Assembly (NCBI GenBank): GCA_016208765.1
Contig: JACQXK010000004.1
Coordinates: forward strand, 148,243 to 212,242
DNA: 64,000 nt
DNA from: Candidatus Omnitrophota bacterium
GTDB taxonomy: Bacteria > Omnitrophota > Gorgyraeia > Gygaellales > Profunditerraquicolaceae
Direction: 5' to 3'
Part shown: positions 63,918 through 64,000 of the stretch, piece after piece
Layout: every line of letters begins with the position of its first letter
Position numbering within the stretch: position 1 is the first letter of the stretch
Position numbers and translations under genes: made by a program
The notes under the pieces: model-generated
Told to the model about the DNA's origin: nothing
What the model saw: only the letters and a program-made list of their open reading frames with translations
Database searches by the model: none

Positions 63918-64000
63918 CCTTTCAATAACTGCCCCATCCCAAGTTACAAATGCAGCAAAGGCCGCATTAATTAAATATTTAAGGTACCCCGTAGGCCCTG

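Noticed and set aside
63915-63917. GTG at 63917 as the genuine translation start
   Set aside because: The frame is open upstream to the window edge and no RBS-like sequence is present; it is most likely an internal Val codon.
1-64000. NRPS/PKS megasynthase or RTX/adhesin-type giant surface protein as the explanation for gene size
   Set aside because: No condensation (HHxxxDG), adenylation (A-core), ketosynthase or phosphopantetheine-attachment (GGxS) motifs were seen. No tandem Ig/cadherin/beta-helix or Gly-Asp nonapeptide repeats either. The content is a heterogeneous mix of metabolic and regulatory domains.
1-64000. Assembly chimera or scaffolding artefact joining many genes with lost stops
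   Set aside because: The same linker cassette and SSA[VIL] motif recur from about position 2000 to about 60000. Paralogous modules are spread along the length. Codon usage and GC look uniform. This argues for a single evolutionary unit, though only read-level data can exclude misassembly.
1-64000. tRNA, rRNA, ncRNA, promoters, terminators
   Set aside because: No intergenic space exists in the window and no tRNA-like cloverleaf or rRNA-like conserved blocks were noticed. Any hairpins (such as at 51690..52030) are inside the coding sequence, so I do not call them terminators.

Overview
The whole 64 kb window is coding on the minus strand and appears to lie inside one colossal gene. The ORF track gives an uninterrupted 52,734 nt ORF (11184..63917, 17,577 aa). 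Its in-window start is a GTG at 63917, but the same frame stays open to position 64000, so the gene is 5'-partial. A second open frame (plus coordinates congruent to 1 mod 3 on the minus strand) opens at 11266 (first ATG 11259), overlaps the tail of the giant ORF, and by my manual reverse-complement translation runs without a stop off the left edge (at least 3,750 codons). The switch between the two frames falls inside a single class-I SAM methyltransferase domain, so I read the two ORFs as one gene of more than 64 kb (>21,300 codons) broken by a one-nucleotide frameshift near 11238..11246. There are no intergenic regions, RNA genes, CRISPR arrays, promoters or terminators that I can support. 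GC content is low (roughly 38-40%).

The encoded megaprotein is a collage of unrelated, normally free-standing modules. Metabolic-enzyme-like domains: a PPi/ATP-type phosphofructokinase, a complete transketolase, a nucleotidyltransferase, two HAD phosphatases, three class-I methyltransferases plus an NPPW/HemK-type one, a full and a fragmentary alpha/beta hydrolase, PRK/uridine-kinase-like P-loop kinases, a PGAM-like histidine phosphatase, an arginase-fold-like domain, a Fic-like domain, an HExxH zincin-like motif and a transglutaminase-like Cys/His/Asp core. Regulatory and signalling modules: a SpoT/RelA-type HD domain with an ACT domain, REC and GHKL-ATPase modules, an XRE HTH, sigma-70 region-2-like and region-4-like pieces and an array of about 14 tandem region-4-like HTH repeats. 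Structural and membrane elements: TPR blocks, a coiled coil, a Pro/Ala/Thr-rich spacer and an embedded 10-helix EamA/DMT transporter domain. Many module junctions carry a recurrent linker cassette conserved at the nucleotide level (core ACCCACTGTCCCGATTG...GGAAACAGTTTCC, peptide ...SSAV..PSFPNxxETVSxSIGTVGK..SSSAI), and a short SSA[VIL] motif recurs at about 30 junctions. A roughly 340 bp nested tandem/inverted repeat sits in-frame at 51690..52030.

All coordinates for internal domains are approximate (about +/-30 nt), anchored by hand-matching reverse-complement codons. Domain calls rest on motif recognition only; no searches were run.
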